From positions 74,152,001 to 74,216,000 of the forward strand of contig NC_059426.1 in assembly GCF_021028975.2 (NCBI RefSeq): DNA of 64,000 nt, in the 5' to 3' direction. The notes beneath the pieces are model-generated. The model made no database searches. It saw only the letters and a list, made by a program, of their open reading frames with translations, and was not told the DNA's origin. This document shows, piece by piece, positions 1 to 12,928 of this stretch. A program made the translations under genes and the position numbers. Position 1 is the first letter of the stretch. Every line of letters starts with the position of its first letter. The stretch comes from Sphaerodactylus townsendi. Taxonomy: Eukaryota.

Positions 1-308
1 ATTAAAGAACCTATGGACTGGTGTGCTCCAGCTATTCCAGTAGCAAAAAAGCCTGGCACTGTACTAACACATGTAGACTTGAAATGGCTGAATAAACCAA
101 TAAAAACAAGAAATATATTCTTCCCACTATGGATGATGTCCTCCCATAACTAACAGATGTTCACATGTTTTCACTGCTGGATGCTGCCGGCAGATTCTGT
201 TAAATCATCTAGACAGTGCTAAATTTGCCATATTCATCACACCATTTGGGAAATATTCTTTCCACAGGTTACCTTTTGTAATTTGTAGCACTCCAGTAGG
301 TTTTTCAG
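1..308 (+). mobile_element. decayed Gypsy LTR-retrotransposon RT fragment
   Basis: Translates, with frameshifts and stops, as EPMDWCAP...VDLKWLN...PTMDDVL...FSLLDA...FITPFGKYSFHRLPF. Confidence 0.8.
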
Positions 309-349
309 GTGTGTCCCCCCCCCCCCAACCACCAGTTGGTGGAGAAGGA

Positions 350-490
350 GTAAGGCTGCCAGTTCCAGACTGGGAAATTCCTGGAGATTTGGGGATGGAG
401 CCTGGAGAGGACAAGGGTCTCAAAGGAGTACAATGCCGTAGAACCCACTCTCTGAAGCATCCATTTTCTCCAGTGGAGTCCACTATTTGT
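350..490 (+). mobile_element. hAT-like MITE (TAGGGTTGCCA-type family), truncated
   Basis: Same body as the copies at 11605 and 54656. Confidence 0.6.
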
Positions 491-559
491 GTGAAGGAGT
501 GGAGAATCAAACCCAGTTCTCCCAATTAGAATCCACCACCCTTAACCACTACAGAAGAA

Positions 560-1090
560 GGCAACCAAGAGATGAGGGGATTGGATGATCTTTCCTTTCA
601 AGAAATTCTGGAGAGTCTGAGACTTTGCAGATTAGGGGGGAAAAGATAGCTGAAGGGAGACATGATAAAGGGTTTTAAAAACATTCATAGGGTGAAAAAA
701 GTGGGTAGAAGCACCCAGTGAATTGTTGGGAAATAGGTTCAGAACAGACAAAAGGAAATATATTTTTGCTCAATGAGTAATTAAACTGTACAATTCACAG
801 CCAGTGGAGGTACTGAGGGCCATGAACACGGGTAGCTTTAAAAGGGAGCTGGATTTGTTCATGGAGAGGTCCATCAGTGGCTACTAGCCATGGTGACTGA
901 AGGGAGTCTCAATATCCAGAGGCAGTAAACCTCTAAATACAAGTGCTGGTAGGCATCAAAAGGGGAGGACAACAGTTTTTACATCTTGTTTTCTCTCCAG
1001 GGCAACTGGCTGAGTGCTGTATGAAACTAAATACTGGACCAGATAGATCCGCCTGGACTGCTACAGCAGACTTTGCTTATAGTCTTATAT
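560..1090 (+). mobile_element. CR1 LINE 3' fragment
   Basis: ORF2 tail (ctgaagggagacatgata) and 3' UTR ending in cttat-type repeats. Confidence 0.7.
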
Positions 1091-1424
1091 TTTTGGTATT
1101 TTTAGGTGATTTTTAGGTGAACAGAGTTGTTAAGGGCTGCAAATTTAACACTGAACTTACTAATTGGTGTCTCTCAGACACAGGGTTGCTATGAGGCTAA
1201 AATGGAAGAAAGTTGCCTTGGAGGATGAGCAGAATAATAATATAGCAAACAGATCAAATTATTTGCTAAAAAAAACCCCTTACAAATGTGGTATGGAAGT
1301 GAAATTAAAGAGTAATGGTGGCAACTTTCCATCACTGCAAATAAAGGGACTGTTCAACTGTTACATCTTGCAAGGAACTCACAGCCTGAGTTTTGGGAGA
1401 GCTGATTCTATGTAAGTACCAGGG

Positions 1425-1630
1425 AAGGGGAAGTGGCTCAGTGGTAGAGCCTCTGCTGGGCATGCAGAGGGGTTCCGGTTCAATCCCTAGCATCTCCATC
1501 TTGAAAGGGTATACTAGGTGATGTTGAAGCCTCCCAACTGCAAAACTGGAGAGCTGCTCTCAGTCAGAGCAGTAATACTGACCTTGATAGATCAATGGAT
1601 TGACTTAGCATAAGGCAGCCCACAGGTTTA
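1425..1630 (+). mobile_element. tRNA-derived SINE
   Basis: A box tggctcagtggtagagc and B box ggttcaatccc, followed by a non-tRNA body. Confidence 0.7.
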
Positions 1631-3176
1631 CTCATTTATAAAGGAAAGTGATGAGTAAATGGGGTTGAACCACATGGAGTTGATAGCATATCTCCTGGGT
1701 CTCAGATGAAAGGTTGCCAGTGAGGTTTAGGGTTGGTATCTGTTCAGAAAAAAAATCCACCTTGTCTACTTCTGTGACTTTAAAAGAAGTGCAATATGGT
1801 GAAATAACCAGATGAAGCTTTATGTGAAATGGAGATCAGCTCAGAGACCCGTTAGTACCTGAAGATCAAAATGATATGAAAGGTACAGAAAAAAGAGCCA
1901 ATCAGATATCTCAAAAGAGATACCATGCTCAGCAGACCAGATCAGGCAGATGAACCAGTTGGACTGAAAGTTCTCTCCAGAAAGAGTCTGTTGAGCAGAT
2001 CCCTTGTCTCTACTAACTCGAGATGCCAGTGTGTAGGAACGCTGACGAGAAATCTCTGATCTTGGATTACGTCTCATAAATTCTGAGCCAAATATAGCTC
2101 CAGGATAAAGTAAAAGACTTGTCTGATTCTTATGCATCTGGATTAACAGTTCATTATTCCACTCCCAGAATACTTCATTGAGTAATACAAATGCTGTCAA
2201 CCTCTGTTGCCTTCAGTTATTGCCTGTCTTGTGGTCTTGATCAGAGCGGAAAGGTAAAGTATTAGTAGTACTATTATTAGAATTATTGTTGTCACTGTTA
2301 TAGAAAACAATTATTGTTTTATGTTTGTTCATAAATATATGTCGCCTGTACAGAAACCTTCTTAATCAGAGAGAGCCTCCAAGAATGGATATGTGCTAAT
2401 TATTTTTTATCTCACCTTTCCTCCAAGGAGCTGTGATGGGATGCATAGTTTTCTCCTCACTCATTCTATCTACACCTAACTGCCAGGACCTGACCTCTGT
2501 GTGACTAGTTATGGGACTAATACAGCTATGTTGTAGGTTTCTACAAACTCTCAGGTTTGCAGAACAATCATATCTTCTTTTGCAAAAAAATAATACTGAC
2601 ATTTGCATATGCTTTAGCACCATTTTACGTCACAACAATACAAATGGTATATGAAAATATAGTGGTGGTCACCAGGAGCAGAAGCTGGAGGTAATCAGAG
2701 TGCATCTCACTGATTTGTTTTGGGATTGCCAGCTCTCTTCTTCCAGCCTTACACTCTTGCAAGCTGCTTTAACTTGTTTGTTGTGCCTGCCATGATCATC
2801 CTCAGCTTATGGTCTGCTATGGCTCAAAAAAGAGAGCTGGTAACCTCGTTCATCTGACTTACCTTCAGAAATCTTTTCCTGATGCTGTTCAATACATGTA
2901 TAGATTGTTTAATAGCACTATACCTTATTTTAATTGGGTTCTGTAAGTAGGGTTCTAAGCCCTCTCTCTTGTAAATAACATAATTTATCTTCAGCATGGG
3001 AAGAGGGCTGAGAGGGTCCTCCATGCGTACTTGCCTGGGGCAGGAGCAGATTCACAATCCGTGCAAATGTGTGATAAACCTGGTTGTTGGGACAGCAGTA
3101 AGCAGCAGTAGCACATCTTATAAATGCAGCGGAGGGATGCCTGCATGGATGATGCTTTGTGATTAAATCTGACCTT

Positions 3177-3415
3177 GGCCCTTTCCCCACTTACCCTTGT
3201 CGGAGGGTTGCTGCGCGCAATTCACAGCGTGCGCAATTCCTGGCGTGCGCCCCGGCTTCCCCACGACCCCGCGTGGTCATCAGAAGGTGCCATTTGAAAA
3301 GGCACCAGGAATTACGCACGCTGCGTTCTCGCCGCCCCTGAAGTGGGGAGTGTAGCTGGACCCCATGCTACTTTAGGAGAGTAGCGCGGGGCTTAAGGTA
3401 AGTGGGGGAAGGGCC
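3177..3415. mobile_element. MITE with 19-bp TIRs (PIF/Harbinger-like)
   Basis: ggccctttccccacttacc ... ggtaagtgggggaagggcc (1 mismatch), with a CpG-rich interior. Confidence 0.7.
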
Positions 3416-3989
3416 AGTGTGAAACCTTAGCTGTGCTTGGGACTCTTTTCCAAGGTTATCCAGGAGCTAGCAATATGCAAGAACTTGAAGTGTGCAAAGC
3501 TTGTACTGTTCTATAGCAGTGAGCCTTTCTTTGCCATTTTTATTGCTCTAGTATATAAAGCTGGTTTTGTGACTATGTTAACTGTATCTCTTTTTCAATT
3601 GTGTGCCTCATAGGGCAGGTGGTTAGAAAAATGGTCCAGTTGTAGGTTTTAGTTCTGCTTTCACATGGATTGGCTTGCTGCTGGCCAGAAGGTAAGTTTT
3701 CCCTTATTCCCACCCTTCTGTGGCTGTCACATTGTGCCTTTGCCTTGTGGCTGTCTCATACCTGTGTCCCTCTTTCCCTGCAAAAAGCTGCTCATCAGAG
3801 CACCCTCTTTCATACTCACAAACTCATACTCACTAAACTCACACTCACAAACTCAAACTCACACTTGCCCTGGTCTTGCTTCTGCCAGCTGGACAATAGA
3901 GGTGTCTGGGTAATACAGTCGAAGCGACCACCCTTTTTTAATTGGATGAAGTATTCAGAACTAGACACACAAAGTTTCCATTCCAAAAC

Positions 3990-4215
3990 TTTATTTAAAT
4001 ATTACATTTTTATCTCACCCTTCCTTCAAGGAGTTCAGGATGACATATATGGTCCCTCCTTCCTCCATTTAATATTCACAACAGTCCTGTGATGTAGGTT
4101 AGATTGTAAGAGACTAACTGAGCAAAAATCTTCCAGTGGGTTTCATGGCAAATGGGGGTTTGGACCTTGTATCTCTCCAAACTTCATTTAACAATCTAAC
4201 TAAAACACCACACTG
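3990..4215 (-). mobile_element. decayed Squam3-like SINE
   Basis: Similar to the copies at 37371 and 63790. Confidence 0.5.
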
Positions 4216-4393
4216 GAGGCAGCCCCCAGATCATTCCAGTTGGAAAGAAACTCATAGAAACTACCCTAAAACAAAACAAAGTAGTTTCTTATTCCAGAAC
4301 CAAGTCAATTCCCTGCCTGATAAATCCCTAATATCTCATTGTTATGCAGGGCCCATTGGTTAGATCAAGTTTCAGTTATTGAAGAGAAAGCTC

Positions 4394-4399
4394 TTTATT
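4394..4399 (-). terminator. candidate poly(A) signal AATAAA for the FADS1-like gene
   Basis: tttatt on the + strand about 90 nt after the stop; alternatives at about 3990 and 3540. Confidence 0.3.
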
Positions 4400-4488
4400 C
4401 ATGGACTAATTAGTTCAAAGCCAGGCCTGCTTTCCCACGAAAATACTGGACCTCTGTGGTAGCAGCCATACGAAAAAGATTACTTTCT

Positions 4489-4552
4489 TCAAAGATCCGT
4501 TTTTGCATGTAAATAGGCTTCAAGCCAGGCATCTCCTGACTCCTTTAGAGAG
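4489..4552 (-). CDS. FADS1: FADS1-like exon 12 (coding part)
   Basis: tttacag|(H)[20 protein letters not shown], with TGA at 4491-4489. Confidence 0.93.
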
Positions 4553-7500
4553 CTGTAAAAAGAGGATGCATCTTATTAATTACATTTAATATAACATGGT
4601 TGTTTTCTCACATTTTAAGTGGAAAAACCAACATACACAGAAGGCAGGATCACAGCAGGCTGCTCTGACCTATGTACATTCATTGGAATGTGTTACAGGG
4701 TAGATCTCATGTATGTGGGTGTGATTCTTTCCATGCAACAGGGAACTCTGCTTTAACTTCACAGTTGCATGGAGAAAATGTTACACATATGCATTTAGTT
4801 ATACATAGGCTCTATACCCGCTATTGTAAATATACAAAAATGGTTCTAACCTATGGGCTTGGCCTAAACTGGCGTGTTGCCGGAGAGTCAAAGCAAACAA
4901 AAGAATAGAAATGATTCTTGATAACTCTAGATACCTCTTCTCAATGGGTTTTAAGTATGAGGAGATGGTCCTTTCCAAGACCCAAAAAGGGATTGGAGGG
5001 GGTGACCATGCTCTGGCCGAATCCCCACTGAGAATTAAAGATGGATACAACCAGGATTCAAAAGAAACAGGTTTCTCCCTTCCCACTGCAGCATGTTTCT
5101 AGTGAAGACATCTATGTCTATCACAGATTCAAACAATGTGACAATCCCCACGCACACGTGATCGGCTCGGCGGGTCTGTCTGATTGTCATGTTGTGTTGG
5201 GGCGGGAACTTTTTTGTCATGAAAATATGTGGTAATGTGAGCACATAAGCATGTACGCACAATATCCCCGCCTATGCAGCTTTCTTCTGATTGGCTATTG
5301 TGTTGTGGCGGGATGCGTACTGCTCAGTTTCGTTACCGCGTGGTTTTGGCATTTAATTTTTTCCCGCGTGATTCTGGACTAACTGAGCAAAAATCTTCCA
5401 GTGGGTTTCATGGCAAATGAAAACTGGAACACGCTAAGGGAGAAGCAGGCAAACTCCACTGTGCTTCAGCCTCTTTTAGTCTGGGATGTTATATGGGATG
5501 GTGTCAAGCACACAGTTCTTTAAAAAAGTCTGGGAGGTCTGTTCACAAAGCATCATATGCAGTTGATGTCTTACTGCCAATAGTACTTACTGTAAAATGT
5601 CTGCAAAGGCAGTGAGCAGTGACTTGGTCTGATAGTCAACACCATGCTTGGCACAGAGGGATTTCACCAGGGGGGCCACCTTCCAGTAGTTGTGTCGAGG
5701 CATCATGGGAAAGAGACTGTGGGAACAAAAAGGGAGCAGGCAGTTATCTGCGTAGCAAAAGAAAGTGTGTAGCAAAAGAAAGTAATGTAATGTCATTGAG
5801 CATGCTGTTGTTACACTCCCATTTTTCCATTTGCTGTCACCTGCAGGAAGCACACATGCCACAATGTCTTCCAAAACTTGGACCCTTTATAACTAGTTCT
5901 CAGAATATTCTCAGAACACACGCACTTGAATTCCTTTATCATACTCACTGGTGTTCAATCTGAAAATTCAAGTGCCCAGTATACCAGTCATTGAACCAAG
6001 ATTGTTCTACATTACATGTTGCAGCCAGCTAAAAAGGAGAGTCAGAAAGACATATGCAGCTGTAGTAAGCATTCCATAATCTTATTTATTCTTACCCAAG
6101 CTCCACCCGAAAGCTCCCGTAATTTACTGGTATGGGACTGGTAACCCTACTCCCATCTATGTGAATCCACCGGAAGAGGTCATCTAGAGATTTTGGCTAT
6201 GTTGCTGTCACTACACAGATGCCAGATACCAGAAAGGCTGTGGAAACTGTGAACAGGTGCCTGGAGGCAGAATTATAATCTAATCATAAGCACTCTAGAT
6301 AACATGTCAGGATCCACATATATCCAAGTATGTGTAGCCTAGTACAAAAAAAGGACTGGTGAATCCATCTTCAAATTTTCAAAATGTGTGTTTGGAAAAG
6401 GGGAGGGGGGGTATCCATTTGCAGCTTGATGCTACAACATAGTCAATACCTGAGCAGAGACCCAGTCTAAATTCCTGTCATAGTCAATGTGCATTGGGAT
6501 GTGGTTCATTTGGGTGACCCAGATGAACCAAGAACCTTGCAGGAACCTGTGGAGACAAAAGTCTTGCTGTCAGTTAAGTGGTAATTTTTGGCAAGGGCTA
6601 TGCTACCTCACATTATAGGGCTGTACATGTCATTGAATGCTTCTTGATATAGGCTGTTTTGGTTGTTGGGGTTTTATTGTTTGGAGAAGCATTCAATCTT
6701 GTGAACCCATCTGCACTGATAAATGTCAGACATATAAGTATAAAACATTAAAATCGCCTTGTTATTGCTGCCCCATATAATAATCAACTGATTGCTCAAT
6801 AACATAATTCTGGCTTATGTCCAGATGTTCCGTTCCCCTTTCTGCTTGTATCTATTTTATTGATACTGTAATGGGCTGAGGGTACCCTCTCATAGCACCA
6901 ATTTGCTGCTAAGTGGGGAGATGGCCCCATGTGTAATTAATCACTGCTATGCACGATTTCACTCAGAAGACCTTCACAGCAGCAATCTAATATGGGTGGT
7001 ATGTCCATTTAGCACACCCCGGTGCCAGGTTGTTTTATGTGAAGGGTAATATAATATTAGATGGAAATGGATGCTCTAAAAGCAAGAATATAGTCGTTCC
7101 GCTTCTGGCTAGCTGCCTTTTTTCTGTCCTGTTAGACCCCTGTTTATGGTGAAAGGTAATCTGTACAGTTTGCTACTCAGTCTCTCCCTTTCATGACAGT
7201 AGGTCTTGGGGCTGTTTGGGGGCCTTGCAGGTAATTGCAGCACACACAACTGGTAGGTTTGACTCTGTATATTACAGATTGAAGTCAGTGTGCACACACA
7301 CTGAGTTTGTCTGGTCCAAGGGTCGTATTTATGGCCAATCAGCACAATAAAAATGAAACATTTTGTGGCTGAAATATAAAATGTTTCCTGCAGGTATTCC
7401 CTGCAGGTTTTTGCTCAAAACATTTGAAAAAAAATTTTTTCCTCAAAACATTTTTATTTTGAAAATGTTAAACTAGTGATTTTCTTTCCTAAAACATTTT

Positions 7501-10500
7501 CAAAACAACTGGTTGTGGTGGGTTTTCCAGGCTGTGTGGCCGTGGTCTGGTGGATCTTGTTCCTAACGTTTTGCCTGCATCTGTGGCTGGCATCTTCAGA
7601 GGTGTATCACAGAGGGAAGTCTGTTACACACTGTGTCCCACAGTTTTTTTTCTTCAAAACAGTTCCTGTTCACTGTGCAGAGTGCAGGAAATGTTTAATT
7701 TTTTCTGCCCGATTTAGAAACTTTCACTTTTTTTTGCACCCGCCATTTTCTGCCACTTGAGATCCTTTACTCTGTCTGCCATTTGTTGTGTTTCCTGCAG
7801 AGGTTTCATCTGATTGCAGAGCAGACATCCACCATTTCAGTATGCAAACTACGTGAATAAAATTAATTTTGCCTTCCAATTCCATGCATGTGTCATTTTC
7901 TCTTCCCCCCGCCCCCATGAGATGTCTTCAAAGCTATGAAGATAAAATATGAGAATCACAGCCAATTCTCACATCGCATCTTCATAGATTCAACAACACC
8001 TCATTAAAAATACCCCCTCCCAAAAAAGGAAAAATGTCTTATGTGTGGAATCAGAAGGCAAAACTAACTTTATTCATGGACTTTACACATTGAAATGGCA
8101 GGCGGCTGGGCCACGACCCCGAAAGGTCTGTGGGAAACACATCAAATGGCAGACAGCACGAAGGATCTCAAGAAGCAAAAAAATGGCAGGCAGGACAGAG
8201 CAGCAGGGGAAAAAACCATTTTGAATAGCAACACTTTAATGTTATGCACTATGCAGAAAATAAAACCCAAAAAGGTTCTTTTTGAAATGTTTGCAAAACG
8301 TCTTAAATGGTCTGTACAGAAAAAACCTATTATTTAAGTAATTTCCCCTAAATGTTGTGTGTCGTGTGTGCACAGTGAAAAAACAGACAGGGAGTTGTGC
8401 CTGCCCCGAGAAAGAAACTTCATTCAAAGCAGGTGGGTCTTTCTGAGGGTTCCAAAAGCCAGCTATCTTCTTGGGAGTCAAATGCCAGTTGGGCCCACTT
8501 GTAGTCTAGTTGCCTAACTTCCTGAGGTTGTGCTAAAGCATCTACTTCTGAACTCCTCTATAACTCTGTCTATGCAGCAGCAGCAGCAGCAAAACCTTTA
8601 TTAGGCATAAGTTAAAATCTCTACAAACAATAATTCTGTACATAGGTACAAAAATAGTCTAATATCCAGGTTGTAATAAAATATTATATACAAAACATCG
8701 GATATATGATACATTGTTTGGTGTCAGTCCAATAAAATCTATTACATTCAGGAACGGCTCACGGTTGTCTTTTTATAAAATCACATGTAAGCCCGTGTCT
8801 TTATAACTTATATAACTACCTAAGCTCAGGTTTTTGGTAACATTTGTTGTTTATTACTTTTGCTAGGAAAGTTGCAACCTTAAGAGTTATTTCAGGGGAA
8901 ACTCTGTCTATGAATGCAAAAAGCAATACACTGACCAATATGTAATGCTACCTGCCTGTATGTGGCAGGGAGAGTTTCTGAGGTATGGAGGAATAGTATT
9001 TGGTGATGTCTTTCACTTAAATGGAGATAAGATATAATAATACGGTCTATAAAATATAATAAGAAAAAACATGTTTCCTATTGGAACCAATGGAAACAAC
9101 AATTAAATAATGAAATTACGGTAAGATTAGTAACAAGTGAAGCACAACAACTTTGAAATGAAAGCAAAATAAAATAAATTGGAATGAAAGGAAAATCAAA
9201 ACATTTTATCCAGAACTAAACTGATGAAGTGCATCTCAAAATCTCCATTGAAAAGGGGCATACATAAAGGGTTGGCGATCATCTTTGAGATCCTACTTTT
9301 CAGTGCTTAAAGGCTGTTGTTTGCACACAGACACACAAAATGCTGGATTTGATGAACCTTGGTCTGATCCAAACATGCTTGAACAGAAGAGTGTAACAGA
9401 AGAATTAAACATTTTGCTTAATCCCCTGATTTAAGACAAACTGTTTGCTATAAACATAGTCAAATTCGGGCATGAAAGAAAAATGGCCAGTCATGACTAG
9501 TGCCATGGTAAGCATCCATCCTCCATGACTGAGCTCTCCAACATACCAGGCAGAACCTGATCTGCACATGTACCTGAGTCTCTCTTCTGACATTAAAACA
9601 ACTTACCCAAAAGCTCAATACATAATAAATGTACTCCTTTTTAATGTTTCACAGGACTGTTCATTTTGCCACACCATATTAATGTGAATACCCTTCTGAA
9701 ATGTGTCTTTTTGTAATCCATAAATCTGTACACTAAAAAGCAATAGCCAATAAAAAGTTTTATTACCTCGCTATCCAATAGTGCGCCATAAAGACCTTAA
9801 ATCCCATTAAAGGTATATACATGAGAAAAATCCGGATGTAGAAGGTCAACATGAAAAAGAACTCCTGCCAGATAGAACATTAAAAAAATTAATTAAAAAG
9901 GGAATTCTCTTAAACCATTACAACTTATCATTTATGTGCCTGGGGGCATTTTATAAATTTGTATGAGAGTTGCTTGTTAAAATAATTGGAATATTGGATT
10001 TGTATAGCATAAAACTGGATTTACATCTCTGTCCTAGCATGAAGCTCACCGTGTGACCTCTGGCCAGTTACTTTGTCATAGTTTAAGGTTGCCTCTTAGG
10101 ACTGCTGGGATAATCAACTCCATGTACACCAGCCTGGGTCCCTTGGAGGATAAAAGTGGGCTGAATAAAACCTTCAAGTCTGAACAGGACATAATTTGAA
10201 ATTCCATTATCCATTTAGCTTTAACTTTAACCTAATTCCTTACCAATTCACATCAAATTGTCTATTTGTTTATCTATGCCACTAAAAATGGCAGAGTACC
10301 CATTCTAGCATGATGTTCTTACATAATTATTTCCCTGCAGAGGAAAAAAATTCCGTTAAACAGGGGGAAACATTCAGATAAACTGGTCATTTGGGTCTTT
10401 TCCTTTAGGACCTGTCTTTTCCTTTAGGACCACTGTATGATTTCACAGACATCTTTTCAGCTGTATCCCCCACTATATTAGACCAGAAAGTTTCTGGAAA

Positions 10501-12889
10501 AACTGAGAGCTGTCTCTAGAGCCCCTCCAAAATCAGACCAAGGCAAAGGCCAATAGAATACCCCATCCTCACCACATGGTACTTCACTCAAAATAGTTCC
10601 TCTTTCTTTTCACCAAAAATGGAGGAACAAGTAAATGGTGTCCCAGAGGCAAAAGGTGGCTTTCAAGGGATTTCCATCACCCCCACCATATTCCTTGTCT
10701 CAAGATAAGCAGTCAGAGACAATGACTTTGCTTTCAGTTTGTGGTAGGCAATTCCACTCCTGGAAGAGAGGGGATGTAATTTTTGCCAATAGTGCTCTCT
10801 TACTATAGCCACTTACTTTGACTGTCATGGATGGATATAGATGACTACAGAGGGAAGAGTAAATATACATAAAGTTGAGCTACAGTCATTATGGGGAATA
10901 CTGGGCATATGAATTTGCAAATATAGGAGCCGTCATGCTGGGACAGATCCATGTTCTATCCATTCCAATATCTTGTTTCACACAATGGCCAATCCAATAC
11001 CCTGAGAAGGACTACAAACAGGACACAGGGTTTAAAGTTATCCACCCCCTCCTCTGCACTTATAGTCAAGGGTGTTCTTCCTCTGGACATTAAAGTTCCA
11101 ATTTTATCATTGAGAGTAATAGCCAGCCACCAATAGTTCTGCATTCCCTGTCTAATCCCTGTCTTGAAGCCAATTAAACTAGTGGGCATCATTAAATTTT
11201 GCAGTATATTCACTTCCTTTTGCCTGTCCTGAAAATATAGCTCATCAGTTTCACTGGGTACCCTCATATTTTAATGCCATAAGAAAAGAAGAAAACATCC
11301 AATCTCTTCAGTTCTTCAGTCTCATTTATAACCTCTGTCATGTTCCCCAACTGAATTCATTGTAAAGTAAAAAAGCACTGAACTCCTTAGCCTTCCATGA
11401 TCCATTTTAGTGCTCTTTTCTGCACCTGTTCCAGAATTACAGCATCCTTTTCAAGATGTGGCCATCAGAACAGTCCACAATATTTCAAATGAAGTTGTAT
11501 CACAGATCTAAACAGATGCATTACACCACCAGCTGTTCTGTCTTCTAAATCGCTTTCCTACTAATTCCTAGCACAGTACTTGTTTTTCAATGTTTGCTGC
11601 ACATTAGGATCGCCAGATCCAGACTGGGACGCTCCGGGAGATTTGAGGATGAAGCCTGGGGCTGGCAGAGACCTCTGTGGGGTACGATGCCGTAGAGCCC
11701 ACTCTCCCAAGCATCCATTGTCTCCAAGGGAACTGATCTCAGTAGTCTGGAGATGAGCTGAAATTCACTGGGTCCTCAGATCCCACCTGGAAGCTGGCAT
11801 CCTTTCTGGACGTTGAGTTAATGTTTTCTTCAATCTACTCCCCATGACCCAAGATCACTTTCCTGGTTAGTTATCATTAGCTCAGATTAATGATGGGTAT
11901 GAGTATTCCTGATGAACACTTGAAATTATTTGACGGGACATTTGCAAGTGTTTTACAGGATGTTTACAATACTGTTGCATGCACACACATACGTAAAAAT
12001 ACAGAAGCATCTACTACCATCCCTCTCCTTTCACCACTCCAAAGCCACAGATATCACTTATTCAAAATAAGTGGGCATTAATTCAAATTATACCTGGCTT
12101 TCCCCGGAAAAGCCAGGGTCAGGAGGGTCATCTGGCAGTCCTTGGCCAATGGAAATGTCTGCCCAGTGAGCCCCAAGCCCTGCAGGACCTGGCTCAGTTC
12201 CTCAGGGCCTTTGAGGCAGAGATGTTCCACCAGGCCTATAATTAAGAGCAACAATGGTTTCTATACAAGCTGCCTTCCCGTACCCCCTTTTTTTCTTTTT
12301 TCTCCCAATTTCCCTTTCCCCCTTACCTCTCCTACTTCCTTATACCCATTTCCCCTTTCTTCCCCTCCCCTTGTTTCTTCCCTCTTTTTCCTTTTTTCTT
12401 CTCCCATCTTTCCCTCCCTTTTTTCCTTTCCTTGTTGGACCTGGTTGAGGAATATAGCATTTCCCTTCATTCACTGGATCTACCACTTTCATCTCGTTGA
12501 AGTTTTTTATCCAGCCACAACATCAGGGGTGCAGTATCATTTTTGATATCAACCACCAACTGTGAAGATGCAATTACAGCTGGAAAAAAAGGATGATTTT
12601 AAATTTCACACAAATCAGCAATTCAATAATATACTCAACAAGAGAAAATAGGTGTGTGAATATTATTAATGTGATTTCAATGCACACTGTTTGCAAGGGT
12701 CACTAAAACAGGAACGAGGGATACGTACCAACCATTTTTTCCTTGTGTATATGAAGTAGAATGTAATCAATTGAAAGAAAGGAACAACTGCTCCTGGAGC
12801 AACCACTAGAGAAAAAAACAAGAATATTGCCATTACAGATCAAATAGTCTTTGGCTTAAATCTTCCCTCTGCCATGAATTTGCAGAGTT

Positions 12890-12928
<39 letters not shown>

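Noticed and set aside
1425-1500. tRNA gene
   Set aside because: Degenerate tRNA head fused to a SINE body; no clean cloverleaf or terminator.
1841-2200. ORF containing FQSNWFI, reminiscent of FADS exon 9
   Set aside because: The similarity spans only a few residues, lacks TQMNH and has no matching splice sites.
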